Shown one piece after another: positions 1-8,185 of a DNA stretch of 11,705 nt. Position numbers and translations under genes: made by a program. Below the pieces are notes generated by a model. It saw only the letters and a list, made by a program, of their open reading frames with translations. It ran no database searches and was not told the DNA's origin. Each line of letters opens with the position of its first letter. Within the stretch, counting starts at the first letter, position 1. This DNA is from Candidatus Undinarchaeota archaeon (GTDB lineage Archaea > SpSt-1190). The stretch lies in assembly GCA_964549355.1 (NCBI GenBank), contig CAZJUS010000025.1, forward strand, positions 1-11,705, in the 5' to 3' direction.

Positions 1-281
1 GTCTTGGTCCCCGGTTCGAGCTGGGTCCTTCCGGCGTCCTGCACCATGTAGTTGGGCAGCCCCTCCCGGTCCGCCCACCCTTTGAACTCAATCATGGTCC
101 TCAGGTCGACTTTGACTGCTATCTTGGCCTCCCCCTCCACGCTCCACTGCCTTACCAGCTCGGGGGTCTGCTTGACGGCCTTCTTGTATGCCCCCAGGGA
201 AGCATGGCAGGCCTGCACGGCGATTTTGCCCTTGCCCATGCCGAGGTCGTTGCGGATGAGGATTACCTGCTTGATTTCCAC
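1..281 (-). CDS. pth2: Peptidyl-tRNA hydrolase 2 (archaeal/eukaryotic type), 5' part; 3' end runs off the left edge
   Basis: Manual translation from GTG at 281: MEIKQVILIRNDLGMGKGKIAVQACHASLGAYKKAVKQTPELVRQWSVEGEAKIAVKV...VQDAGRTQLEPGTKT. It has the Pth2 signatures R-x-DL-x-M-x-KGK-x-A-x-Q-x-x-HA, W-x-x-x-G-x-x-K and DAGRTQ-x-x-PG. Confidence 0.96.
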   Translation of the reverse strand, partial: MEIKQVILIRNDLGMGKGKIAVQACHASLGAYKKAVKQTPELVRQWSVEGEAKIAVKVDLRTMIEFKGWADREGLPNYMVQDAGRTQLEPGTK

Positions 282-289
282 GAAAGTTC

Positions 290-395
290 TCAGTTTATTA
301 GGATTTAAGCATTTATGATATGCAAACAAAGTAGGTGAATGCAGGATGGGGGGTTTACAAATAAGCCCGCCTTTTTTCTTAACGCTTATTTATCT
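290..395. promoter_or_regulatory. Divergent AT-rich promoter region with archaeal TATA-like boxes
   Basis: TTAAAT on the - strand (about 303-308) lies about 25 nt upstream of the pth2 GTG. TTATTTAT (386-393) lies about 25 nt upstream of the in-frame GTG at 414. Inferred from position only. Confidence 0.45.
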
Positions 396-413
396 TCTCC
401 TGCATGGTTTTTT

Positions 414-1946
414 GTGGGGAATGACGGAAGAGTTGTGTTTTCAGCTTTCTTTCTGCTTTTTGCCGTTTTTGCATACGACATAAGCCTGGACGCCCCCTCT
501 TCCGCCCGCACTTATGAATCCTGGACCTTGGATGCGTTTGTCGAAGACGGCGGAGCCCCCGTTCCCTACCCCAGCTGCACTGTAATGCTCCGCCATGATG
601 GCCTGGATTACGGCCCTTATTCAATGGAGGCGCTGTCCGACAGGGCCAGGCATACCGAGCAGTTTGATGACACGGGGAGCTACGGGGTCAATGTCACATG
701 CGGGAACAGCAGTGCAGGCATGGAAGTGCAGGTGTCCCCCAACTCCCAGTTGGCTTTGGGCATAAGCTCTGCGGATTCAGTCGGCGACACGCTCCAGATA
801 ACCGCAGACTATGAAGACCTCTTCGGGAGCGACATAACAACGGCCGCCTGCACTGCCCATATCTATGTGGACGGCGAGCTTTTCCAAAGCATCTCCATGT
901 ATTACAATTATGTGGATTCGGCGTACTATGTTTCGGCAGTGATTGAAGCAAGCGGCGACTACGAAGTGGAGGCCACCTGTTCAGCGCCCGGCTACTTCCA
1001 GCTTTCCCGCTCCGAATATTTCAGCATAAGCAAAAACCCCGTGGTCGTCAATGTTGAAAGCTCATCCTTGTCGGGATACTACGGCAGTACAGTCGCCACT
1101 TCGCTTTCGTTTTATCCGCAGAGCGCTGTGTGCACTTCAAATTACGGGAATTTGGTCCGGAGCGCATCCAATTCATACACCTTCAGGATGGACCTGGATT
1201 TTGTTGGAGTCCGGCAGGTGGCCGTAACATGCTCCGCAACGGATTTTCTTTCGACTTCAAAAATCATAAGCGTCACTTCGAGCACCCTGCCCACCACCCT
1301 TTCAGTTACTGCATCGCCTGAGTATCCCTTCTCTTTCCAACAGTATTACCTCACACCTCTGTTTTGGGACAAATACGGCAATGAAGTGCAGGGGGCTTCC
1401 TGCACTGTGAGAGTGGACAATGAAACTTCGGCAGTTCCCAGTTTCCAGCCTGCAGGCTTCCAGGCTCCCGCCGGGCCTGCCGGCCAGCATATAAGGGTTG
1501 CATGCTCAAAGACCGGCTATGAATCTGCCGAAATCACTGCTGTTTTGAATATCCGCCCAATTCCCCTGTCGGGGGTCCTGGAATATGCGCAGAATGTAAA
1601 GCAGAGTGAGCCCTTTGAAGTCCGGGTTGCCCTCAAGCCGGGGGTCGCCGGCACCTGCACCCTCAACGGCAGAATTATTTCACGGACAGGCGTTTTGGAA
1701 GGAAAAATTGAAGACAAAACTATTGATGTCCTGGGGCAGGGGGTCTTCCGCCTCCAGACCGAGCTCTCGGGGACCTTCAAGTTCAATGTGGAATGCAGTT
1801 CCCCGGGCTATACTCCGGTTGAGAAAACGGGGGAGATTGAAATTACTGTTCTTTCCAGAAGCGAGGAGCTCAGTGCAACGATAATCTTAACTATCCTCAC
1901 TGCCATACTGGCTGTGGGCTTCGTCTTGATAAGGAGGTACCTGTAA
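414..1946 (+). CDS. Exported, C-terminally anchored surface protein with about five Ig-like beta modules, each with a Cys pair
   Basis: ORF 339..1946. The in-frame GTG at 414 gives a signal-peptide-like N-terminus (..GRVVFSAFFLLFAVFA|YD); ATG 339 is the alternative start. Ser/Thr/Val/Tyr-rich beta-type sequence with a recurring C-terminal module motif (V-x-V/A-x-C-S-x-x-G-Y). C-terminal TM helix ATIILTILTAILAVGFVLI followed by RRYL. Confidence 0.8.
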   Translation: MGNDGRVVFSAFFLLFAVFAYDISLDAPSSARTYESWTLDAFVEDGGAPVPYPSCTVMLRHDGLDYGPYSMEALSDRARHTEQFDDTGSYGVNVTCGNSSAGMEVQVSPNSQLALGISSADSVGDTLQITADYEDLFGSDITTAACTAHIYVDGELFQSISMYYNYVDSAYYVSAVIEASGDYEVEATCSAPGYFQLSRSEYFSISKNPVVVNVESSSLSGYYGSTVATSLSFYPQSAVCTSNYGNLVRSASNSYTFRMDLDFVGVRQVAVTCSATDFLSTSKIISVTSSTLPTTLSVTASPEYPFSFQQYYLTPLFWDKYGNEVQGASCTVRVDNETSAVPSFQPAGFQAPAGPAGQHIRVACSKTGYESAEITAVLNIRPIPLSGVLEYAQNVKQSEPFEVRVALKPGVAGTCTLNGRIISRTGVLEGKIEDKTIDVLGQGVFRLQTELSGTFKFNVECSSPGYTPVEKTGEIEITVLSRSEELSATIILTILTAILAVGFVLIRRYL

Positions 1947-2374
1947 TGCTCGGAGACCTTTTTGCTGTGATGATGGAAACGCCGATGCTCATGGTGATTT
2001 TTGTCGTCGACCTGTTTCTGATATTCACGATCTTTTTCTATGTGCTCAAAAAAATTTACAAGAAGAAACGCCCCGGGCAGAACATCCTGGCGTTCTTCAA
2101 CAGGTTCCGGCTTAAAATGAAGAAGGGGGGCATATCCAGCGTAGAAGCTTTGTACGATTTTGTAGTGGAGTCTTATGTTGGAAAAGGGAAGGAGGCGGGG
2201 GGATATAAAACCCGCAAAGCCATCCTGGAGCGCATCAAAGCGAAAAAGAAGCCGGAAGAGTATGAAATCGTCAAGGCCGTTTTTGACGGCTACGAAATGA
2301 AAAAATATGGAGGAGGCGTCTACAATGAGGCGACTGTGGTCAGCAACTTGTTTAATCGTTTTCGCTCTCTTTAA
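1946..2374 (+). CDS. Single-TM membrane protein with a basic, DUF4129-like cytoplasmic domain
   Basis: TAATG stop/start overlap and SD-like AAGGAGGT at 1931-1938. Hydrophobic N-terminal helix, Lys-rich stop-transfer segment, and VFDGYEMKKYGG resembling the DUF4129 C-terminal ye-x-x-rYg motif. Family call is by eye. Confidence 0.7.
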   Translation: MLGDLFAVMMETPMLMVIFVVDLFLIFTIFFYVLKKIYKKKRPGQNILAFFNRFRLKMKKGGISSVEALYDFVVESYVGKGKEAGGYKTRKAILERIKAKKKPEEYEIVKAVFDGYEMKKYGGGVYNEATVVSNLFNRFRSL

Positions 2375-3341
2375 TTTTGCCCCTGCGTTTGCAGGCGTAG
2401 TGCTTCCCGGGGCCAATGAGACTGTGGAAGCCCTTTCGTTTATGCCCTCCGCCCTCGAAGACCTCGAGAATGAAGGCAAATTTGTATTGTTTGATGAGAG
2501 GGGGGTCCCGTATGGTTTTGTTGACAACGGCACATTCACCGACAGCATAACTTACGGCAACCTGACCATTACCGCACCTTCTGCATCCGGAGCCGAAGGA
2601 GGTGCAATCATCGGCAGCTATTCAATGCAGAGTGCGGCTGAAGACATTGCAGGGATGAGGCTCAATCAAGGAGAGGAAGTGGATTGGGACATTCTGCGCC
2701 AGCAGGACTTTTTGAAGTATGCTTATTATTCACAAAGGTACGGTGATTTTGAAACTTTTATTCAGGACGGTTTGGGCATCAACAGCAAGCAACAAGGCAT
2801 TGATTTTTTGAATTCACTTACTCCCGACTTGGCCAACGAATTCATGAGCAGTTTTGAAGCACTTGATGCAGGTAAAACAGGATATTCCCAATACAAGGAA
2901 TTGCTTGATGCATTGAATAAAATAAACAACCAGGACCTCAGCAGATATCTTGATGAGGATACCTTGAACCAACTGAATGAATTTATAGAAAATGCGAAGA
3001 CTGATTTAGCGAAAAGTATGCTGGAGGACGTCCTCAAAAATATAAATGAAGATGAACTCAGAATGCTCTATGAGTTGCTCAAGCATGTTGATTATAAGAC
3101 GCTTTACCAAATTGCAAGGGATTACGCCCGCGATCTGGCAAGGGATGGGACGCTTGATGAACTGGGCAACGCCATCAAAAACAGCGGAGTTGGGAGGGAT
3201 GCACTGGACGCATTCCAGGCTTCCGCTAAAACTTTCCTGAAAGAGCATTTTTGGGATTTTCTTCCAAAAAACACCAGTTATTACCTTTTGGCAGCTGCTG
3301 TAGCTGTTTTTGTGTTGACTTTGAGGGGGGTTGGAGGATGA
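2325..3341 (+). CDS. Exported acidic, helical protein with a C-terminal membrane anchor; function unknown
   Basis: ATG 2325 follows GGAGGAGG (2309-2316) and gives a signal peptide (MRRLWSATCLIVFALFNFAPAFAG). Asp/Glu/Leu-rich helical body and C-terminal TM YYLLAAAVAVFVLTL. Overlaps the upstream gene by 50 nt. Confidence 0.75.
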   Translation: MRRLWSATCLIVFALFNFAPAFAGVVLPGANETVEALSFMPSALEDLENEGKFVLFDERGVPYGFVDNGTFTDSITYGNLTITAPSASGAEGGAIIGSYSMQSAAEDIAGMRLNQGEEVDWDILRQQDFLKYAYYSQRYGDFETFIQDGLGINSKQQGIDFLNSLTPDLANEFMSSFEALDAGKTGYSQYKELLDALNKINNQDLSRYLDEDTLNQLNEFIENAKTDLAKSMLEDVLKNINEDELRMLYELLKHVDYKTLYQIARDYARDLARDGTLDELGNAIKNSGVGRDALDAFQASAKTFLKEHFWDFLPKNTSYYLLAAAVAVFVLTLRGVGG

Positions 3342-4258
3342 TAAAGAAATATCAGGACTTTGTGTCGAGTGCAGGAGAAGTTTTGGTCGGGTATGAAAAA
3401 ATAATCGAAGGGCTCATGATTGCCCTCTTGTGTAAAGGGCATCTTCTGCTTGAAGGCCCTCCAGGTGTTGCGAAAACTACTTTGGCCAAGACCTTTTCAA
3501 AATTGGTTGACGCAGGCTTCAAGCGGATACAATTCACTCCTGACTTGTTGCCGACTGATATTGTGGGGACTATGATGTTCGACCCAAAAAAAAGTGAATT
3601 CCGTGTTAGGAAGGGCCCCATATTCACAAATGTAGTCCTGGCAGATGAAATAAATCGCGCATCTCCAAAAACTCAAAGTGCTCTACTGGAAGCGATGGAA
3701 GAAAAACAAGTTACTATTGAAGGCTCTACTTTCAAATTGGATCAGCCGTTTATTGTCATGGCTACACAGAATCCGGTTGAACAGGAAGGCACATACCCTC
3801 TGCCCGAGGCTCAGCTTGATCGTTTTCTGTTCAAAGCATCTGTCGATTATCCTTCCAAAGAAGATGAAAAGAAGATTGTAGAAAAAAAAGTCGCCAAGAA
3901 AGAAGCAAACTTGAAATTTATTTTCAGCAAGCAGGATATACTGAAAATGCGGACAGAAGTATCAAAGGTCTATGTTTCCAGCAATATTATTGAATACATA
4001 ACGTCAATTGTAACCGGGCTTAGAAAGAATCCGGTGGTTGCATGGGGGCCGAGTCCGCGCGCATCAATTGCGCTCATGCATGTGGGAAGGGCGCTGGCAT
4101 ATTTGAATGAACGGAATTTTGTGACGCCTGAAGATATCAATCAATATGCAGTTTGGACACTGCAGCACAGAATTGGCGTGAAGCCCGAGAATGAAATCGA
4201 AGGCGTTACAACAGCCGGAGTAGTGGGTGATGTGTTAGAGCAAGTTGATGCAGTATGA
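3338..4258 (+). CDS. moxR: MoxR-family AAA+ ATPase (MoxR proper)
   Basis: Start at the ATGA overlap (MIKKYQDF). Walker A GPPGVAKT, RIQFTPDLLPTD, Walker B LADEINRASPKTQSALLEAMEE, ATQNPVEQEGTYPLPEAQLDRF, GPSPRASIAL. Confidence 0.96.
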   Translation: MIKKYQDFVSSAGEVLVGYEKIIEGLMIALLCKGHLLLEGPPGVAKTTLAKTFSKLVDAGFKRIQFTPDLLPTDIVGTMMFDPKKSEFRVRKGPIFTNVVLADEINRASPKTQSALLEAMEEKQVTIEGSTFKLDQPFIVMATQNPVEQEGTYPLPEAQLDRFLFKASVDYPSKEDEKKIVEKKVAKKEANLKFIFSKQDILKMRTEVSKVYVSSNIIEYITSIVTGLRKNPVVAWGPSPRASIALMHVGRALAYLNERNFVTPEDINQYAVWTLQHRIGVKPENEIEGVTTAGVVGDVLEQVDAV

Positions 4259-5892
4259 AGCGGAATTTTAAACCCTTGATTAGAAATTTTATAATAGGCA
4301 TGGTTTTCTTTCTTTTTTCACTTCTGCCTATCCGTCAAATTCTGCTGAACATTCACTTGTCAGATCCAAACGCCGATTTTGTTTTCGTGCTTTTTGCGAT
4401 TGCCGCCCCCCATATAATCCGAATGATTTCCATCGGCATCCTTTCATATGCAATATTCACTATGGTGAGGATGATGACTCTGCCAAGAAAACTGGTCGAG
4501 CGTTCAGTTTACAGGCTCCGGAAAAAAAAGTTTTTCAAAAATCTCATTTATGCGGGCATAGTACTGGTCATGTTCCTTTTCCCCGGCAGGTCTGGAGTTG
4601 CCATACAGACCATTGTCGGAAACATCTTTGGCTTTCTGCCTGCAGGTTTCAGCGTTCTTTATCCGTTTTTTCTGCCTGTTGGCTTCATGGATGTCCTGCT
4701 TTTCGTCCAGGCCTTTGTGGTTGCCTCGTTCTTAATGCATCTGCTTAAAATCATCAGCCTCCGCTTCGCAACTATTACTGCTGAAGTAAATCAAAAAGTG
4801 GTTGACCGCAGCAGGAAGGTCAAGTTCACTCTGAGGGCGAGGTCCCCTTTTCCGGCAGTGCCGAAGCCCATACTTCCGTTTAAGATGAAGTTGAAAAGCA
4901 AAAGCAGTTTTTTTGGCAACATGTATGAGCTCAAAGCTGAAGGCAAAATGGATGTTGGTTATTACAGATACGATGTATTGAAGTTTCAGATTGCAACCTT
5001 TCCGTTTTTTTTCTCAACAGTCTTCAAGGCCACAAATACTCCTGCTGAATTCACTGTCCTGCCGAAAATAAAAATTAAAAATTCACTTTATGTGAAAAAT
5101 CCGTTTATCGTTCACGAAACGGGAGATCTCATAAAAAAGGTAAGCGGCAGTTCGCTTGAATTTGCAGGCATAAAGGAATTTTCCACAGGCGACCCGATTT
5201 CTAAAATTTGGTGGAAGGGTTTGGCTAAGAACCCCGACCACCTTCTCAAAAAAGATTTTTTCAGCTCGGCAGAAGACCGGTGGGTCTTGGTGGTGGATTT
5301 GTCCGACCCCGGCATGGCCAAAGAAGACGAGACGGCGATCCTGAACTTCTGCAGAGCTTTCATTGAAATTTTCACGCGGAAGGACATATCAGTAGGGATA
5401 CACATAATTTCCCCTGCCAGCTCCTTTATTTCCTACTCTTCGAAGAAGCGGGAGCTTTTGTCTTTCCTGATCAAGCATTGGGTCGAATTCCGCCACCTCA
5501 GCAGTGAAGGGGCCCGGCTGATTTTGAAGGACGTGATTGGAAGGGATTCAGAGATAGTGGAAAATCGGTGCAAGTCAAGCGGAATTTCGCTTTCATCCTT
5601 TTTTATCTATGCAGGCTTGATGAAGAAGCCGAAGCAGTTGTTCCATTGGCGCCGGAAGGCGGTCTTCAAAAAAAGCATGATGGCTTTTGCCAGGAATCTC
5701 AAGAAATCGGGCAAAATTTTGGTGGTCACCCCCGGCATGGAGGAGGAGCTGGTGGATGAGGTCAAAAAAATTGCAGCGGTCAAAAAATGCCAGCTTCTCT
5801 TCACGAGCTTTGAAAGAGTCCCGAAAGTGAGAAGCTATGTGATGCCCCGGAAAAATCCCGAGGGTTCTGTATGGAGGCTGATTTATGCTTGA
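4255..5892 (+). CDS. DUF58-domain protein with several N-terminal TM helices and a degenerate vWA-like strand
   Basis: ATGA overlap with moxR. GSSLEFAGIKEFSTGDPISKIWWKGLAK matches the DUF58 motif (EF-x-x-x-REY-x-x-GD-x-x-x-x-I-x-WK), followed by WVLVVDLS. About four hydrophobic segments in the first 170 aa. Confidence 0.85.
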   Translation: MKRNFKPLIRNFIIGMVFFLFSLLPIRQILLNIHLSDPNADFVFVLFAIAAPHIIRMISIGILSYAIFTMVRMMTLPRKLVERSVYRLRKKKFFKNLIYAGIVLVMFLFPGRSGVAIQTIVGNIFGFLPAGFSVLYPFFLPVGFMDVLLFVQAFVVASFLMHLLKIISLRFATITAEVNQKVVDRSRKVKFTLRARSPFPAVPKPILPFKMKLKSKSSFFGNMYELKAEGKMDVGYYRYDVLKFQIATFPFFFSTVFKATNTPAEFTVLPKIKIKNSLYVKNPFIVHETGDLIKKVSGSSLEFAGIKEFSTGDPISKIWWKGLAKNPDHLLKKDFFSSAEDRWVLVVDLSDPGMAKEDETAILNFCRAFIEIFTRKDISVGIHIISPASSFISYSSKKRELLSFLIKHWVEFRHLSSEGARLILKDVIGRDSEIVENRCKSSGISLSSFFIYAGLMKKPKQLFHWRRKAVFKKSMMAFARNLKKSGKILVVTPGMEEELVDEVKKIAAVKKCQLLFTSFERVPKVRSYVMPRKNPEGSVWRLIYA

Positions 5893-6073
5893 CCCCTTTG
5901 GACTGATGAAGAAGACGGCAGGCAGGATGTTGATTTTCTTGTTGCTGCTTTATGCGGTGTATTTCACCCTCTTTGTTTTTTCCAGCTTTTCATGGGATGC
6001 AAAATTGGTGGCAGTTTCAGTTGTGTTTCTGCTGGCATCGGTTGCAGTCAGGCTTGGCGGAATCAATCAGTAG
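5885..6073 (+). CDS. Small two-TM membrane protein, last gene of the operon
   Basis: 62 aa with two hydrophobic helices. Preceded by GGAGG, overlaps the DUF58 gene by 8 nt, and ends 5 nt before the convergent mgtE stop. Confidence 0.7.
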   Translation: MLDPFGLMKKTAGRMLIFLLLLYAVYFTLFVFSSFSWDAKLVAVSVVFLLASVAVRLGGINQ

Positions 6074-6078
6074 CCATA

Positions 6079-7407
6079 TCAAAAGAAGGCAGTCAGGAGC
6101 AGGGATGCTGTTATGAAATAGACGCTCATTGAAATTACATCCATGGTCGTTGTGAGAAGCGGGCCTGTTGATACTGAAGGGTCCATGCCCGCCCTGTCGA
6201 ATATTATGGGCAACATGGTCCCTACAACATTTGCCATCATCAGTGAAACTGTGATTGAGATGCCCACAATGGCTCCGATCCTCCAGGAGTTCAGCCAGAC
6301 CAAGGAAAGCGCAGCGGACAGAAGCCCCAGCAGGCCCCCAACCACGAGCCCGACTTTTATATCGCGCAGAAGAAAATTCCGGACGTTCTTAATTTCTTCG
6401 TTCATTATTCCCTTGATTGCCACAATTGAACTCTGAATGGAGGAATCCCCCGACAGGCACATCAGCACCGGCAGAAAGAATGAAAGCGAGATGTATTGTG
6501 AAAGCAGGCCGTCAAAATGCCGTATGATATTGCCCGTCAGTATGATTTCTCCAAAGACTGTGAACAGAAGCCAGGGCACCCGGGCTTTTACTGAATCAAA
6601 AACGGGAGCATACGCCGCCTCTTCAAGATTTTCAATACCTGCGAGTTTTGACAGGTCTTCATTCACTTCAAGACGGTATGCGTCGATTACGGCATCAATC
6701 GTAATTGCACCCAGCAGAACTCCCCGGCTGTCGACCACGGGCAGACAGGTTGCATCCTTCTCCACGAAAATCTTGACAACTTCTTCCTGGTCGATTTCCG
6801 GGGCAATCTCAAGCACATCCCGGTTGGCGATATCCTTCATTTTCTTTTTTTTATTCACAAACAGCAGGTCTTTTGTTTTCACTTCCCCAAAAAAGCGCCC
6901 CTTGTCCAGTATGTAGATTGCATCGGGCAGACGGCTCCCTTTCAACTGCTTCAGGACATGCCCCACGGTTTCATTCTTGCCGAAGGTCCGGATCTCCGAG
7001 GTCATCAGCCCTCCGGCGGTATTGTGGGGGAATTTCAGGAGCTTATTCAGCTCCGCTTTTTTTTCATCCGGCAGCTTCAGGAAAACTCTGACAGCTTTTT
7101 TGGTCGGAAGCTCCTGCAACAGGTTCACTGCCTTGTCATCCCTCAGATGTGTTATGATCTTGGCGAGCTTCGAGATTTTCAGGTCCCTGATTATGGTTAT
7201 CCTTATTCCAACAGGGAGTTCAAAAAGGAGTTCTGCAAGGAAGTCGTCTTCAAGCTGGGCTATTGTGTTTTTTCTTTCCTGCCTGTTCATGTCCAGCAGA
7301 AGTTTTGCGAACCCACGGGGGGGCGTTTCGGAAGACAAGAAACTGATGACTTTTTTGTCTTTTGCAAGTCCGTCCAGCTTGTGCACACATTTACTGGGAA
7401 ACGGCAT
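6079..7407 (-). CDS. mgtE: MgtE-family magnesium transporter (N domain, CBS pair, five-TM domain)
   Basis: DDKAVNLLQELP (N domain), TAGGLMTSE, CBS motifs (IYILDKGRFFGEV; DQEEV...LPVVDSRGVLLGAITIDAVID), ARVPWLL and TM5 DPSVSTGPLLTTTMDV. Confidence 0.95.
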   Translation of the reverse strand: MPFPSKCVHKLDGLAKDKKVISFLSSETPPRGFAKLLLDMNRQERKNTIAQLEDDFLAELLFELPVGIRITIIRDLKISKLAKIITHLRDDKAVNLLQELPTKKAVRVFLKLPDEKKAELNKLLKFPHNTAGGLMTSEIRTFGKNETVGHVLKQLKGSRLPDAIYILDKGRFFGEVKTKDLLFVNKKKKMKDIANRDVLEIAPEIDQEEVVKIFVEKDATCLPVVDSRGVLLGAITIDAVIDAYRLEVNEDLSKLAGIENLEEAAYAPVFDSVKARVPWLLFTVFGEIILTGNIIRHFDGLLSQYISLSFFLPVLMCLSGDSSIQSSIVAIKGIMNEEIKNVRNFLLRDIKVGLVVGGLLGLLSAALSLVWLNSWRIGAIVGISITVSLMMANVVGTMLPIIFDRAGMDPSVSTGPLLTTTMDVISMSVYFITASLLLTAFF

Positions 7408-7441
7408 TATTTATTGGTTCCTTGCCGGCCACCCCGCAAAG

Positions 7442-7756
7442 TCACAGCCCCAGCTTTTCGGCGAGGGATTTCCACCAGGGCGCCGGCATCTCTTTTTCGC
7501 CGTTGGCTATCGCAACGATTTCATCCAGGGTCTTGAAGGAAGGGGCGCCCGTTTTGAACACCGGCCGGACGGAGCCGAAGACTACAAATGAAGGGGTGCC
7601 CATCGCATTGAACTTCCGCGACCACCTCTTGCCTTTCTTTGATGACGAGTTGATTTCGACAAATTCAATTGCGTTCTGCCTGCAGTATCTCCTTATGGTC
7701 TCGGCGGCCTGCGGGCAGTGCGGGCAGGTGTAGCTTGTCAGCAGTTCGATTTTCAC
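7442..7756 (-). CDS. Glutaredoxin-like/thioredoxin-fold redox protein with a CPHC site (archaeal MJ0307/MTH807-like)
   Basis: GTG start at 7756 in a GTGA overlap with the trx stop: MKIELLTSYTCPHCPQA...AMGTPSFVV...GAPS. It has CxxC and the cis-Pro motif. The upstream part of the 182-aa ORF is a shadow of trx. Confidence 0.88.
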   Translation of the reverse strand: MKIELLTSYTCPHCPQAAETIRRYCRQNAIEFVEINSSSKKGKRWSRKFNAMGTPSFVVFGSVRPVFKTGAPSFKTLDEIVAIANGEKEMPAPWWKSLAEKLGL

Positions 7757-8133
7757 GAGTATCGCCCCACAATGTCTTTGATGAATGGGATCGCCCTCAC
7801 GCCGACGAAACTGTCCACGACCTTTCCGTTTCTGACCAATAGGACTGTCGGGATGCCCTGGACTCCCAGCCTGGCCGCCTCCTGCGGGTGCTGTTCGGTG
7901 TTGAGCTTTGCAAGGACGAAGCCCATCTCCCGGGACAGCCTTTCCAGAATCGGCCCGAGGATTCTGCAGGGCATGCACCAAGGCGCCCATAAATCAACCA
8001 GGACCAGCTTCTCTCTGCTCTTCTGGAGGACCTCCTCCAGCGAGGCGATGTCCAAGACCCCATGCTCCCGCTCCTGGAGCTGCCTAAGGATTTCAAGTTT
8101 TTTCCGGTTCCTTATCCTTTCAAGCTCATCCAC
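7753..8133 (-). CDS. trxA: Thioredoxin with an archaeal N-terminal charged helix
   Basis: Likely GTG start at 8133 (MDELERIRNRKKLEIL). VLVDLWAPWCMPCRILGPILE, AKLNTE, GVQGIPTVLL, GKVVDSFVG. Confidence 0.93.
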   Translation of the reverse strand: MDELERIRNRKKLEILRQLQEREHGVLDIASLEEVLQKSREKLVLVDLWAPWCMPCRILGPILERLSREMGFVLAKLNTEQHPQEAARLGVQGIPTVLLVRNGKVVDSFVGVRAIPFIKDIVGRYS

Positions 8134-8153
8134 ATCGATGCCTGAAACAGGGC

Positions 8154-8180
8154 TTTTAAAAAACTGCTTATTAATTATAA
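8154..8180 (-). promoter_or_regulatory. TATA-like box for trx-grx-mgtE
   Basis: TTTTTTAAAA on the - strand (8163-8154), 21-30 nt upstream of the trx GTG, consistent with a leaderless archaeal transcript. A further AT tract lies at 8168-8180. Confidence 0.55.
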
Positions 8181-8185
8181 GCAAC

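Noticed and set aside
52..318. 88-aa + strand ORF
   Set aside because: Antisense shadow of pth2.
346..483. 45-aa hydrophobic ORF (MGGLQISPPFFLTLIY...) after SD-like AGGTGA
   Set aside because: It overlaps the signal-peptide region of the surface protein in another frame. T-rich DNA explains the hydrophobicity and there is no other support.
6060..6090. Terminator between the convergent operons
   Set aside because: Only 5 nt separate the stop codons; no hairpin or clear T-tract.
7390..7425. Lethal Cas12a self-targeting of mgtE
   Set aside because: No TTTV PAM (flank is GCAA) and 10 mismatches; kept only as a possible RNA-pairing observation.
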